Shown: positions 52,545-64,000 of the stretch, one piece after another
Layout of the letters: each line of letters opens with the position of its first letter
Position numbering within the stretch: position 1 is the stretch's first letter
Source: Octopus sinensis
Lineage: Eukaryota
Length of the DNA stretch: 64,000 bases
Direction: 5' to 3'
Assembly: GCF_006345805.1 (NCBI RefSeq)
Contig: NC_043001.1
Location: 496,001 to 560,000, forward strand
The notes under the pieces: model-generated
Databases searched by the model: none
Told to the model about the DNA's origin: nothing
What the model saw: the letters and a program-made list of their open reading frames with translations, nothing else
Position numbers and translations under genes: made by a program

Positions 52545-52740
52545 GCTTTTCTGGCAGATTCATTTGCATGCCGGACAAAATGGCATTTCGTTTGTCTTTA
52601 CATTCTGAGTTCAAATTCCACCGAGGTTGACTTTGCTTTTTATCCTTTCGAGGTTGATACTAGCCAAGTATTGAGGTCGGTGTGATTGACTATCCTCCTC
52701 TCCACAAATTCCAGGCATTGTGCCTATAGCAGAAAGCATT
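52545..52740 (+). mobile_element. tRNA-derived SINE, diverged
   Basis: B box gagttcaaattcc plus core gaggttgactttgctttttatcctttcgaggttgata, shared with the 56637 copy. Confidence 0.75.
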
Positions 52741-54215
52741 ATTTATAACTTTTCTACACTGAGTTCAGTTGTTAAAAATTAGTTATTTTAGGATCTGTCA
52801 AAAGTTTATAAATTCTTATGATGTGATGTTAACAACATATGTATGTATGTGCAGACATGGTTGTGTGGTTCATTCAACATAAACATGTTATTTATTTGTT
52901 TACTTTGAAGGCATCCACATGCCTATCGCATCTGTTTACCTCAACACATTCTGATACACCTTTTCCACTACACTTACATCAGCCCTAATCAAGCATCTTT
53001 TTTATTAAAGATTGTCCATGCAATCTTTATTTTAGGCAGTGTTAGAGGTTCTCAAATGAGTCTGTGTATTTATCTTAAAATGGTAGACTGAGTTAATTGC
53101 TGTTTCTAGCCTGATGAATGGTCATGTACCTTTTAAAAGTGGTTTATATAATGTTGCTAGGTTTAACATCTCCCTAAATCCTTAATCTCTATAGTGTAAA
53201 TCCTCTTTGTTGTAAGTATTCAAAGCAGATCCCCCTGTCTGAAGATCACTCAATATCTTGATATGCTACTTCCCTTCTGCCACAATCCATGAATGACAGA
53301 AGCCTTTTGCAAGTCGTGGTTAACTCCTGCTCATTGCTGTTTTATTTATCCTTGCAAATACATTACATGAACATTACATAAATGAGTCATTCTATCCCTG
53401 ATTTTTATTTCTTTATTGATATTTTTTATGAGCCAGTGAGAGAGTTTCTATATGGTCACTTGACTTGCTAAAAATAATAAGTACATATTCCTCAAAATCA
53501 CTTATTATTGTCTTAAAAAGGATAATACACATGTAGGTTCATTATGTTGAATTAAGAAAAAGATAATGGGATGGTCATAGATGGAATATTTTGATCAGAT
53601 TCGTTCACTCAGGATAGCCCTAAAAAACAGCATAAAGACTTCTTTTATCTATGATGTATTAAGCAACAAAATATTCTCTGTGCTCACTAAACTTGACTTA
53701 ACCTGACCAATCAGATTAACCATGGTAGCAGAAATAGTTGCAAAGACTCTTGAGGCCAACATAGGAACCATCTTTGGGAGCACTAAAAATGCTATAAAAA
53801 GCATCGAATTCTCTCTCAAATCACACCTTTTTATTTGATTGTCCATTTACTATGCTGAGCAGCTCAAATTACATCTTACTGTCTTAAAAAGGTTACTTTG
53901 GATATTGTAGCTGTTCATTTACTACATCTGAATAAAAAAGGGGTCACAGCATCTTTGTTTGTAGGTTTACTCAATTGGAGTTGACCTCATGATTCACAAC
54001 AAGCACAGAAAAGGCATGACACATTGGATAATGGAGCTCCACAGCATAATGTAGCCCTACATATGATATGTTTGAAATAAATAGAGATGATCATAGCTTG
54101 AGTGTCTTTGATCAAGTCTTCTTATTGAAAGCTGACCTGGGGTTTAACAACAACTACTTAAGGAGACAGATTTTTTTGAAGAATTGACAAAAGAATTATT
54201 CTGAGATGGACTTAC

Positions 54216-54512
54216 CTTTCTCAGCCAGTGTAATAATGGCTATATCTTCACCATATTTGTTGGCCACACTGCAGTTGTAACTGCCAAAATCCTCTTTGTG
54301 GACTTTAAGGATTTCTAATGTGCTCTTCATACCATATGGTAATTCTTCATTATTCGTTGAAAAACGGTCTGAGTTTGTATTATCAAGCGTTCTGCCATTC
54401 TTCATCCAATACATACTGACTGGTTTCGGGACGGATATAGCAATACATTCAATGTGTGCTGTTTTCTCTTGACTTGTATAAAATTTTCCGTCACTCATAA
54501 TGCGAGGAGGAC
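54216..54512 (-). CDS. KIRREL: Kirrel-like gene, exon encoding membrane-proximal Ig domain (Ig5)
   Basis: Acceptor ttttaattttcAG and donor G|GTAAGT. 297 nt, phase 1/1, in frame with the previous exon (KNG|GPPRI). Encodes IECIAISVPKPVSMYW...STLEILKVHKEDFGSYNCSVANKYGED. Confidence 0.9.
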
Positions 54513-55834
54513 CTGAAAATTAAAAAAATAAATAAGAATTATATGAACATGTATGTGTGGATAGGGAGGAATACACACACACACACACAGGCATGAAGTT
54601 GACTGACAAAGAGGAAAATAGAAGGTGGGGAACTTGTGTCTCTTGCTGTATACTTAACGATGAACTCTCTTGGCAATAGGTTTTGATTGACTACAGCCAT
54701 TGAAGAAAGAATGCAGTTTCTTAAACTTCCCTATTTTAAAAAAAGAAACTTTTTTTTTTCTTTCATGTTAGAATATATTTTGAATAGTTTTGCTCTAATT
54801 TCAACTATAAGCAAAAGTGTTGATTATGGAAGAACTGTGATTGATAGATAAGAGTGCTTAGTATTCAAAAGGAGAGAAATTCATTGTAGAGAAAGACCAA
54901 GAAAGATATATGAATATATGGGTGATATCAGATCTTAAATCTAAGATTTCAGGTATCACCTACATGCATTTCCATAACTCTGCTGTAGACTTGTTTAACC
55001 AGGGCCAATATAAGGAAAAAAGTGCATGATAATGATGATTTGTTGTTGATAATGTTTTATACTTTCAGAGAGATTCAGTCAAAATCTGATGTTGATACCC
55101 AACTGAAGCAATTTCACTTCTTACCCTTCCTCACAAATGTCTTTTAGAAAGGCATGAATGCTACACAATCTCATTTTACCTTCTCAATAAAGTCGAGAGT
55201 CATATATGCCCAGACTGAAATCAATCTTATAGCTTAAAACACTTATAGCAATTACTTAGTTGAGAAACCATTTTAGCTATCTAAGAGCAAGCAAAAACTC
55301 TCATTTTCACTTTTCATTTAGTTAAGGGGGCCAAAATGTTATCACATTTGTCAATATTAATGCAATTCAACTACAGCTGTTGAAAATTAGTTACTGGGGG
55401 AGTTTTACAAGTTTCAGATGTTTTCCATTACTCTTTTCGTTTTGCTGTTGTTGAATGTTTAAGGCATACATGCTGACTGTAAAGTTGTTATTTGACATTT
55501 TGATGTGAGTGACCATGAGCCACTAAGTTCAACTCTTCCTGTTTATCAGTGAATTGTGTTCCTTTATCCCTGTTCATCCTATTTTTCTTTTCTTTTTCTC
55601 CTTTTTTTTTATCAGTGGGATTTGATTTTGATAGTACAGAGGTTTAGTTGACCATGCATACACAAAGTATGTTTGAAATATCTGACATCTTCTGTTCTAA
55701 AACAAACCATGGGTCTGCTCAACCAAAACTGACCCAAGTCTCAACAAAAACTTGCTTTGACTTTCCTTTTTAGGTGTGAACTTCTACACTACTGATTTCA
55801 AAACCACTGAAATACAGGAAGTAGCATGACTTAC

Positions 55835-56089
55835 CATTCTTTAAAAGCAGTACTTCTCGACTGATTTCACTAAAACCAACAACTGTGGCTGTACAATAGT
55901 AGGTGCCTAGGTCTGCATCATTGACTTCTACAAGCTCCAAGGTCGAACCACTTCCCAAGATATTATGGGAACCTTTTTTCCGCCAAATGATGCTCGGTTG
56001 AGGATTACCATCAGCTTCACACTTCAGCTTAGCATTCTCTCTCGGGTCTACTGCTACATGACTACTAGCACTAATGAAACGTGGACCAT
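55835..56089 (-). CDS. KIRREL: Kirrel/Neph/SYG-1-like gene, exon encoding penultimate Ig domain (Ig4)
   Basis: Acceptor ctccctgacAG at 56091-56090 and donor G|GTAAGT at 55834. 255 nt, phase 1/1. Encodes DGPRF...LKCEADGNPQPSIIWRK...DLGTYYCTATV...LLKNG, with Ig Cys/Trp/YxC motifs typical of Kirrel-family Ig4. Confidence 0.9.
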
Positions 56090-56409
56090 CTGTCAGGGAG
56101 AAAGATAAAGAAGAGATGAAAAGAATCTTGTAAAAGCTCAATGTACGGAAATATATGTGTATATATAAAATTGTTCATACACACACAACACACACACACA
56201 TAGATACACACATACAGTCACATGTATAGATACACACACCAGTATAGATAAATGTAACTATATATACATATAAATACATGTATTTAAAAAATGAACATGT
56301 GGCATATATGTACGTATCTGTATACATATGTATGTATGCATGTATGTATTTATATTATTTTATCTAGTTTCAGCTCATGAGCTGTGGCCATGCTGGATAT
56401 ATTCACTGG

Positions 56410-58865
56410 GTCAGTGAAGAACTGAAGCGGTTATTGAGAAGGTGGCAAATAGCTGGAGGAGACAATCCAAATAATGTTATAATGGCAGCTCTAAAGTGCA
56501 ATGTCTGTATAAGGACCACAGCTCAGATAGAGCAAAAGAAGACAAGAATATATCAGCTCCTATGCTCTCATCAGAACTCACATTAGCACACTAGACACCG
56601 TCTTTGCACAGAAACTCAAAAAATATGACAAGGATGAAGGTGGCGAGCTGGCAGACATGTTAGCACGCCGGGCGAAATGCGTAGCTGTATTTCGTCTGCC
56701 ATTACATTCTGAGTTCAAATTCCGCCAATGTCGACTTTGCCTTTCATCCTTTGGGGGGGTCGATAAATTAAGTACCGGTTACGCACTGGAGGCGATGTAA
56801 TCGACTTAATCTGTTTGTCTGTCCTCGTTTGTCTCCTCTGTGTTTAGCCCCTTTGGGTAGTAAAGAAAAAAAAAAGGATGACAAGGATGGGGACCCTGAT
56901 GTGAGTGACAGATGTTCCCCTGGCCACACTAATCCACAAATGAACACTTGAAACATAAGCCAAAATTGAGAGACCTGCCAAGGAAGAAGATACTAGCACC
57001 GATGGTCCTACTACCACCAATATCAACCCCCAAAAGTGCAAAAGAGCCAATAAAGGGCTAAACAATGAGGATAAAAGAAGAAAAAATTAAGCAAAAAGCA
57101 AAAGAGGGCCTCCAAATAAAATGAAAACATCAGACAGTCAATTTGCAAAGCCACAGAAAGTTAGGAATCACGAGTTTGTAAATTCTTCCTGCATGGTGAC
57201 TGCTGATATGGAAATGATGGTGCAAACTGCTGCTTCCTGCATCCCAAACTGGCAGAACAAAAGCAAATACCTTCCTCCAAAAGACACAGGAGTATTCCAA
57301 AGAGGAAAAAGTTGTGCATCACCTGCATCAAAGCTAAAATGCTCTGATGTAGTACACACTATCTCTAAAGACCAGCCCTACCCAGAAGCCATCATAAGGG
57401 TTGCAGCTGAACAACAATCTTTTTTATGCATAGCTCAAAAGATTGTGCAACAACTAACCTTGCTTCATCAGTTCCAGAATAGGAACCATCCCTGCCAACA
57501 TGCAAGATTGTCACAACCAATGGATCCATGGTGGCCACCACTGGCATCAACACAGAGGTCACATCAATATACTTCTTAAATGTAAGAGGACTGTTACAAC
57601 GCAGTAACAGAACTAAAATTGTATTCCTGTGAGACCTAGTGACTTTCAATCAAGCCTTATGCATAGCACTCACTGAAATGCACTTAAAACCCAAAATCGC
57701 AGATGCAGAAGTACACATAACAAAGTACGGGAAATTGCAAAGCGAGAGAAAAGACAGGAGCCATAGTGGAGTTGCAATGTACATCCATGAAGATCTCACA
57801 CCCCAGATCCTTTTGCCACACTCAAACTCACTAATTGTACATGTAAGACAACTTGACATAGTTATATGTACTTCATATTGCTCACCAGATGCCACATATC
57901 ACACAGGCCTATTCGAAGACAGCCTTACAAGAATAGAAGTCTTAACAACAATAGAAGAGCATATCAGTATATTTCTCATTGGTGACTTCAACCTGCCCAA
58001 TGTGAAATGGCCCAAAGTCCTTTTCCTCTTAGGAATGAAATGATGTGAGTAAAGTCAGGTGGAATCCCTACTCAACCTTACGAACAATACTCCAACCAAC
58101 CAAGGCAAACAATATACTTGATCTCTGCTTCACAAACAATGTGCATTGCATCCATGATGTGAAAGTGACACCAACACTAGTCTCTCAGATCACAACATAA
58201 CAGAGCTCACAATGTATGGACCAAAGGATCCCACAGACATGCAGCCTATGAGAAGCACCCAAAATCTATCCAATTTGAACTACCACAAAGCAGACAGGAA
58301 ATCAATTAAGAGATCACTAAACGGGATTGGTCCCAATGTCTCTCTACACCTGAATTAGGCATGAAATTGAAAGCCTTCATGTCCATAATGCAAGCCATAT
58401 GCTACAATTTTGTCCCAGAGAGAAGGGCCACTGCACATAAAAACAAGATTCTCAGGGAGAGAAAAGTTCTCATGAGATGGCATACAAAGATTGCAAACTG
58501 CCTCAACAGAGAACTCAACAGCAGTGAGAAACCCTTCCTGGAAACAGCATTGCTGGAGAAACAACTGAAGGACTCCCATGACAAGGAAAAACCAGAAAGA
58601 GAAGCCTGAGTCATAAGAAATATAAAATCAGACCCTTGAGCCTTCTTTAGGTACACCAAGGAGACTGCCTCTGTGCATTGCAGGGTAAGGCCACTCCTTC
58701 AAAAAGATGGTTCCCTCATGGGGAAACACGATGAGGATAAGTGAAACACTGAATGAACAGTTCCAAAGTGTCTTCACCTCACTCCTACAGCACATGCAAG
58801 TTAACAAGCATGTAGAATTCTTTGCTTCTACAGAAGATAAACAGGAAGCAGTAACAATTGATTCC
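56410..58865 (+). mobile_element. 5' half of an APE-type LINE: ORF1 with CCCH-like finger and ORF2 endonuclease
   Basis: VCKFFLHGDC*YGNDGANCCFLHPK at ~57174-57250; LNVRGL...LTEMHL...GVAMYIH...LIGDFNLPNVKW at ~57575-58020. Interrupted by a SINE and ended by an RTE insertion. Confidence 0.8.
56637..56877 (+). mobile_element. tRNA-derived SINE with 12-bp TSD
   Basis: TSD ATGACAAGGATG at 56625-56636 and 56878-56889; A/B boxes (gagctggcagac / gagttcaaattcc); A-rich tail. Confidence 0.9.
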
Positions 58866-59480
58866 ATCAACAGTAGTTGTGATACCTGTGCCGGTGACAC
58901 ATAAAAAGCACCATCAGAATGTGGCCGTCGCCAGTGCAGCCTCCACTGGCTTCTGTGCCGGTGGCACATAAAAAGCACCATCTGAACGTGACTGATGCCA
59001 ACCCCGCCTCGAATGGCTTCTGTGCCGGTGGCACATAAAAAGCACCATCCGAACGTGACCGATGCCAACCCCGCCTCGAATGGCTTCTGTGTCGGTGGCA
59101 CATAACAAGCACCATCCGAACGTGGCTGATGCCAGCACCGCCCCGACTGGCTTCTGTGCCGGTGGCACATAAAAAGCACCATCCGAACATGGCCGATGCC
59201 AGCACCGCCTCGACTGGCTTCTGTGCCGGTGGCACATAAAAAGCACCAACCGATCGTGGCCGATGCCAGACCCCTCTGGCGCCTGTGCAGGTGGCACGTA
59301 AAAAGCACCCACTACACTCGCGGAGTGGTTGGCGTTAGGAAGGGCATCCAGCTGTAGAAACACTGCCAGATCAGACTGGAGCCTGGAGCAGCCCCTGGCT
59401 CCCCAGACCCCGGTCGAACCGTCCAACCCGTGCTAGCGCGGAAAACGGACGTTAAACGATGATGATGATGATGATGATGA
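58866..59480 (+). mobile_element. RTE 3' UTR insertion with ~6.5 x 67-bp tandem units
   Basis: Unit gccggtggcacataaaaagcaccatccgaacgtggccgatgccagcaccgcctcgactggcttctgt; (GAT)n tail at 59457-59480. Confidence 0.92.
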
Positions 59481-59484
59481 TATA

Positions 59485-61025
59485 CATATCATCATCAACA
59501 TCATTATCATTTAATGTCTGCTTTTCATGCTGCCATGGGTTGGACGGTTTGATTGGGGGCTGGCAAACTAGATGGTTGCACCAGGATCCAATCCACTCAG
59601 GCAAAGTTTCTACAGCTGGATGCCCTTCCTAATGCCAACCACTCCGATAGTATAGTGGGTGCTTTTTACATGTCGCTGGCATGGGAGCTAGTCAGGCAGC
59701 ACTGGCAACGACCATGCTCGAATGGTGCTTTTTATGTGCCACTGGCAGGAGTGCCAATCAGATGGTACTCCTGCCAGTGGCCACGACAATGATTTCACTT
59801 GCCTCAACAAGTCCTCACAAGCGCAGTTTATTGCCCAATGATTGAAAGGTACTCTTAAATGGACTGGCTATACTGCACTAGCATAGGCCACAGGTTATGG
59901 TCTTCTCATGCACAGCATATCTCCAAATGTCACAGTCACTCGTCATTGCCTCGGTGAGGCCCAGTGTGTGAAGGTCGTGCTTCACCACTTCATCCCAGGT
60001 CTTCCTGGGCCTACCTCTTCCATAGGTTCCTCTACTACTAGTGTGTGACACTTCTTCACACAACTCTCCTCATCCATATACAACACATGACCATACCAGT
60101 GCAGTCATCTCTCTTGTATGCCACATCTGATGCTTAAGTCCAACTTTTCTATCAGGGCGCTTACACTCTGTCATGTATGCACACTGACATTACACATCCA
60201 GCAGAGCATACTGGCTTCATTCCTTGCAAGCTTACGCATGTCCTCAGCAGTCACGGCCCATGTTTCACTGCCATGTAGCATGGCTGTTCACACACGTGTC
60301 ATACAATCTACCTTTTACTCTGAGTGAGAAGCCCTTTGTCACCAGCAGAGGTAAGAGCTCTCTGAACTTAGCCCAGGCTATTCTTATTCTAGCAGCTACA
60401 CTTTCAGAGCATCTACCACCCGCTACTGACTTGGTCACCTAGGTAACGGGAGCTATCAACTACTTGTAGTTTTACCCCATGGAATGTGATGGAAGCTGTT
60501 TTCTGCACATTTTTCAGTGTTTATTGATCCTGAGCATCTGCCACATACAAAAACTATCTTCCCAGTTAGCCTTCCTTTGATATTGCTGCACTTCTTATAT
60601 GTCCATAGCTTACACTGGGTACATCTTATGGAGTTTCTACCTATGCTTTTTCTACAGATCGAGCAGGGCCATCTACATGAAGAGATTTGTGGGCTGTCTG
60701 CCATCCTATTTATTAGGACTTTGGTTTTTGTTAGGTTGACTCTAAGGCCCTTCGATTCTAATCCTTGCTTCCACACCTGAAACTTCTCCTCTAGTTCTGA
60801 TAGTGACTCAACAATTAGAGCAAGGTCATCAGCATAGAGGAGCTCCCAGGGGCATCCTGTCTTGAATTCCTCTGTTATTGCCTGGAGGACTATGATAAAT
60901 AGGAGGGGGCTGAGGACTGAATCTTGGTGGACCCCTACCCCTACCCAGAATTCTTCACTGTACTTGTTGCCAACCCACATCTTACTGACAGCATCTCTGT
61001 ACATGGCTTGTACAGCTCTCACTAA
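59485..61025 (-). mobile_element. 5'-truncated RTE LINE, tail-to-tail with the preceding copy
   Basis: ORF 61022-60456 (GVHQDSVLSPLLF, ELLYADDL, PHD-like finger), ORF end RGRPRKTWDEVV, 3' UTR and (ATC)n at ~59487-59510. Confidence 0.92.
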
Positions 61026-61033
61026 CCATATAC

Positions 61034-61080
<47 letters not shown>

Positions 61081-61129
61081 CATATTTCTCCACCAGTGAA
61101 GGCACATGGCTCAATGCGATGTCAGTGCA

Positions 61130-62010
61130 TATGTATGACAAAGTGCAAATACACTGAGAGAATAATTGGGCAGGAGAGGTATCAGACGTGGAAGTGAGAA
61201 GACTGTGCTGCTGTAGTCATATGATGCATCTGTAATGAGGACAGCTGTACAAGCAAGTGCCAATCACTAAATGTTGATGGAACTCGTGGAAGAGGGAGAA
61301 CCAGGAAGATGCAAGACAAAGTAGTGAAGCCCATCCTTAGGTTGTTGAGTCTCGTGGAGAAGGTGGTAAAGGATCGAGGTGAATAGTGATTCCCTGTATT
61401 GAAGAGGACCTCTCCCTCTTAACAAAAATATGGCCCTAGAAGCATATTGTCAGTGTCCATGGCCTCACTGCAAGAACACTCAATCTGTACTTGTCAGATC
61501 TTCCCAGCAAACTACCTTTGTAACACCTGCTCCTACCTCACTACTCAAGGTATTTCTCAGTTACTGTAATTATATGAGAGTACACCTGCACATATTCCTC
61601 GCCTTTTTAATAGCTATCTATAATTCCTCTTCTTGGAATCATTCCTTTTGATACCCATTTCACCTTAATTCTCTGCTCCTAGTTTCTCCCTATCTACCTT
61701 CTCTTACCTTAAGTGCATGTCCTAATACCTCCTCTATAGCAAACACATATTCCTGTTCCTTTCCTTACTTTAACCTCTCTATACCTTGTTCAAAGCCACC
61801 TCCCTCAATACTGCATCCCTTCTCTGTAAAGGAGTCTTGGTAACCTCACTAATGCTGGTGCCATAAAAAATGCATCCAGTGCATTCTCTAAAGCTATAGA
61901 AACCTTGCCAAAGCAGACACAAGAGACAAACACAGACCTCAGGCTTATTGAATCCTGTCAGACTGTCGTGCCAGCATGGAACATGGATGCTAAACAACAA
62001 TGATGATGAC
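61130..62010 (+). mobile_element. Old RTE 3' end, long-UTR subfamily
   Basis: Degenerate ORF end, CT-rich spacer, ccataaaaaatgcatccagtgcattctc, terminal ccagcatggaacatggatgctaaac. Confidence 0.65.
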
Positions 62011-62076
62011 AAACACATATACACTTACAAATATAATTACCGACCAGCACACACACATACATTCTCTCCCCCTGTC

Positions 62077-62162
<86 letters not shown>

Positions 62163-63559
62163 ATATTGTGCGTGTGTGTTTTAGAACGTTAGAAATGAGC
62201 ATTATTTATGTAGTCATGTGACTACAGATGTCAATGCATAAAACAAGATATGGGATAAAAAAAAAAAGGCTAAAGAAAGAAAACACTTTCACACATATTA
62301 AACCTTTAAAGAAGATCCAAAACAAAAAAACAAAACCCAAAACAAAAGAATGACATTGCAAAGCAGGTAAGATGGAAATAAACAAAGGAAAAGAACAGAA
62401 GAAGAAGTTAATACAGAGGAATCAAAGACTCTTGAATAGAAGAAACGTTTTAGCAATAAATAAACAAATAAAATAAAAACAAAAAAGAAACACATATATA
62501 CACACATTATATTTATATGAATATATTTCTCTATGTCAAATGTTGAAAATAAAAAGGTAGAAAGAATTTTTCTTCTTCTTAGAAAAAAGCAAACCCAAAC
62601 TAGTCACAGAAAAAATCTAAAAACTATTGATTCACTTTGGAGATTTTTCTTTAGCTAGAATAAGCCAGAGAACTTGAATAATTTGGACATATAATCAATG
62701 TTTAGATTGGTATTCAGTTTTTGGGTATTGAACATACTTAGATGTATATCTTTACAGCAAGAAAGTGGGTATATGTCTACATGTGAATGCCAGGATGTAA
62801 GTGTGTGTATGTGAGCAAACACTCACTGATTCACATACAACTAAAGAAATAAAAATGTGTATAAACACACACATGTATACACACACACATATCTGATACA
62901 TGTGTTTGTGTATGTATCTCTCTCTTTCTCTCTCTATATATAAATACACACACACACACACATATTTGTTTAATAAGATTCTTGAGGTAAACCTGTATAT
63001 TGAAACATATATTGCTGTATTTAGGGTGAGCCATTTTTGCCAATAGTAAAACCAAATGAGCTGATTGTAGTTCACTTTATTTATTAATTGATTGATTTAC
63101 CATTTCACATCCGTAACCTTTTAATTAGTTCTCAAGTCTTGTTTAAAATAGGCATGACTCCAAGAACGAACATTAATACAATATGATTACTAAGAGAAAA
63201 ATCTATGTACTTCTAATGTATTTTTTAGTTTTTATCGCAGCTACCGGCGAGTACAAATCTGAGTATTCTGATTTTCTATTATGAATATCTGCATCTTTTT
63301 GTATGAAACAAATTGTATAGCAACAGGAATGATAAAAACTATAATCCATTTTAACATCTAATCTCCTCGATTACATAAATACAAATGACTGTGTTGAACG
63401 GTGTTTAATAAGTTAAATCATAAACTGATTATTTCTATATAAGTTTTCATACCTATACAAACTTACATTAGTAAATTCAAAAGTAAAATATGAAGAAACA
63501 ATTTTTGAAATTTACTCCAATTAAAGGACAAACTCATGTTCATCCAATATATATATATA

Positions 63560-63720
63560 TCATCATCATCATCATCATCATCGTTTAACGTCCGTTTTCC
63601 GCGCTAGCACGGGTTGGACGGTTTCGACCGGGGTCTGGGGAGCCAGGGGCTGCCCCAGGCTCCAGTCTGGTCTGGCAGTGTTTCTACAGCTGGATGCCCT
63701 TCCTAACTCCAACCACTCCG
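63560..63720 (-). mobile_element. Young ~160-bp RTE 3' tail
   Basis: (ATC)n then gtttaacgtccgttttccgcgctagcacgggttggacgg; near-identical reverse complement of 59320-59480. Confidence 0.92.
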
Positions 63721-64000
63721 CACACACACACACACATATACAGAGGTGGGCACAGTCCCACTAACCTTTCGTTTAGCATATTTGCTAACTCTGGGCAAGA
63801 TGATCTTGGGCAGTCATAAGCAATTGGAGGAGTATCTTACAAGGCATTTATTAATTAAAATTATACAAGACTATTAAATAATTATTATGGCGTACTCCAT
63901 ATTCTCTTAATTCAATTTAGATGTATATCTTTACAGCATTCGACCATGGCCATGCTGTAGCACTGCCTTGAAGAATTTTAGTCAGATGAATGAAACCCAC

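Noticed and set aside
56637-56730. tRNA gene
   Set aside because: A/B boxes are present but there is no cloverleaf; the SINE body, A-tail and TSD show it is a SINE.
58628-59426. Overlapping 120-226-aa ORFs
   Set aside because: They are translations of the 67-bp VNTR in the RTE 3' UTR; the same applies to ORFs at 11525-11991 and 40618-41198.
56090-64000. Upstream Kirrel Ig1-3 exons
   Set aside because: None found; the interval is accounted for by TEs and low-complexity DNA, so the 5' exons lie outside the window.

Overview
AT-rich eukaryotic genomic DNA, dense in repeats and microsatellites. The repeat families (RTE LINEs with (GAT)n tails, tRNA-derived SINEs, R4/Dong and Penelope relics) look like those of a coleoid cephalopod, most likely Octopus; this is an inference from repeat content. 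The one well-supported host gene is the 3' part of a Kirrel/Neph/SYG-1-like Ig-superfamily adhesion gene on the minus strand. Its exons encode Ig4 (56089-55835), Ig5 (54512-54216), the transmembrane segment (51911-51801) and a cytoplasmic segment (27107-26956), joined in frame with canonical splice sites. A short terminal exon at 26752-26708 is possible, and the 5' exons lie beyond the window. Most of the rest is mobile-element debris: Tc1/mariner copies (DD36E-, DD37D- and mariner-type), many RTE copies whose RT region contains a PHD-like C4HC3 finger, R4/Dong REL-type LINE pieces clustered on (TAA)n, Penelope fragments with two hammerhead-ribozyme motifs, an APE LINE with a CCCH-finger ORF1, SINEs and a Helitron/Helentron-like element. 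The most unusual items are a ~2-kb 28-bp minisatellite that arose inside a mariner transposase gene, a ~150-nt unique-sequence hairpin with a pre-miRNA-like core, the two hammerheads, and two clusters of unidentified exon-like sequence on the plus strand. No rRNA, true tRNA or CRISPR array is supported. TE boundaries are approximate unless a TSD or TIR is cited.
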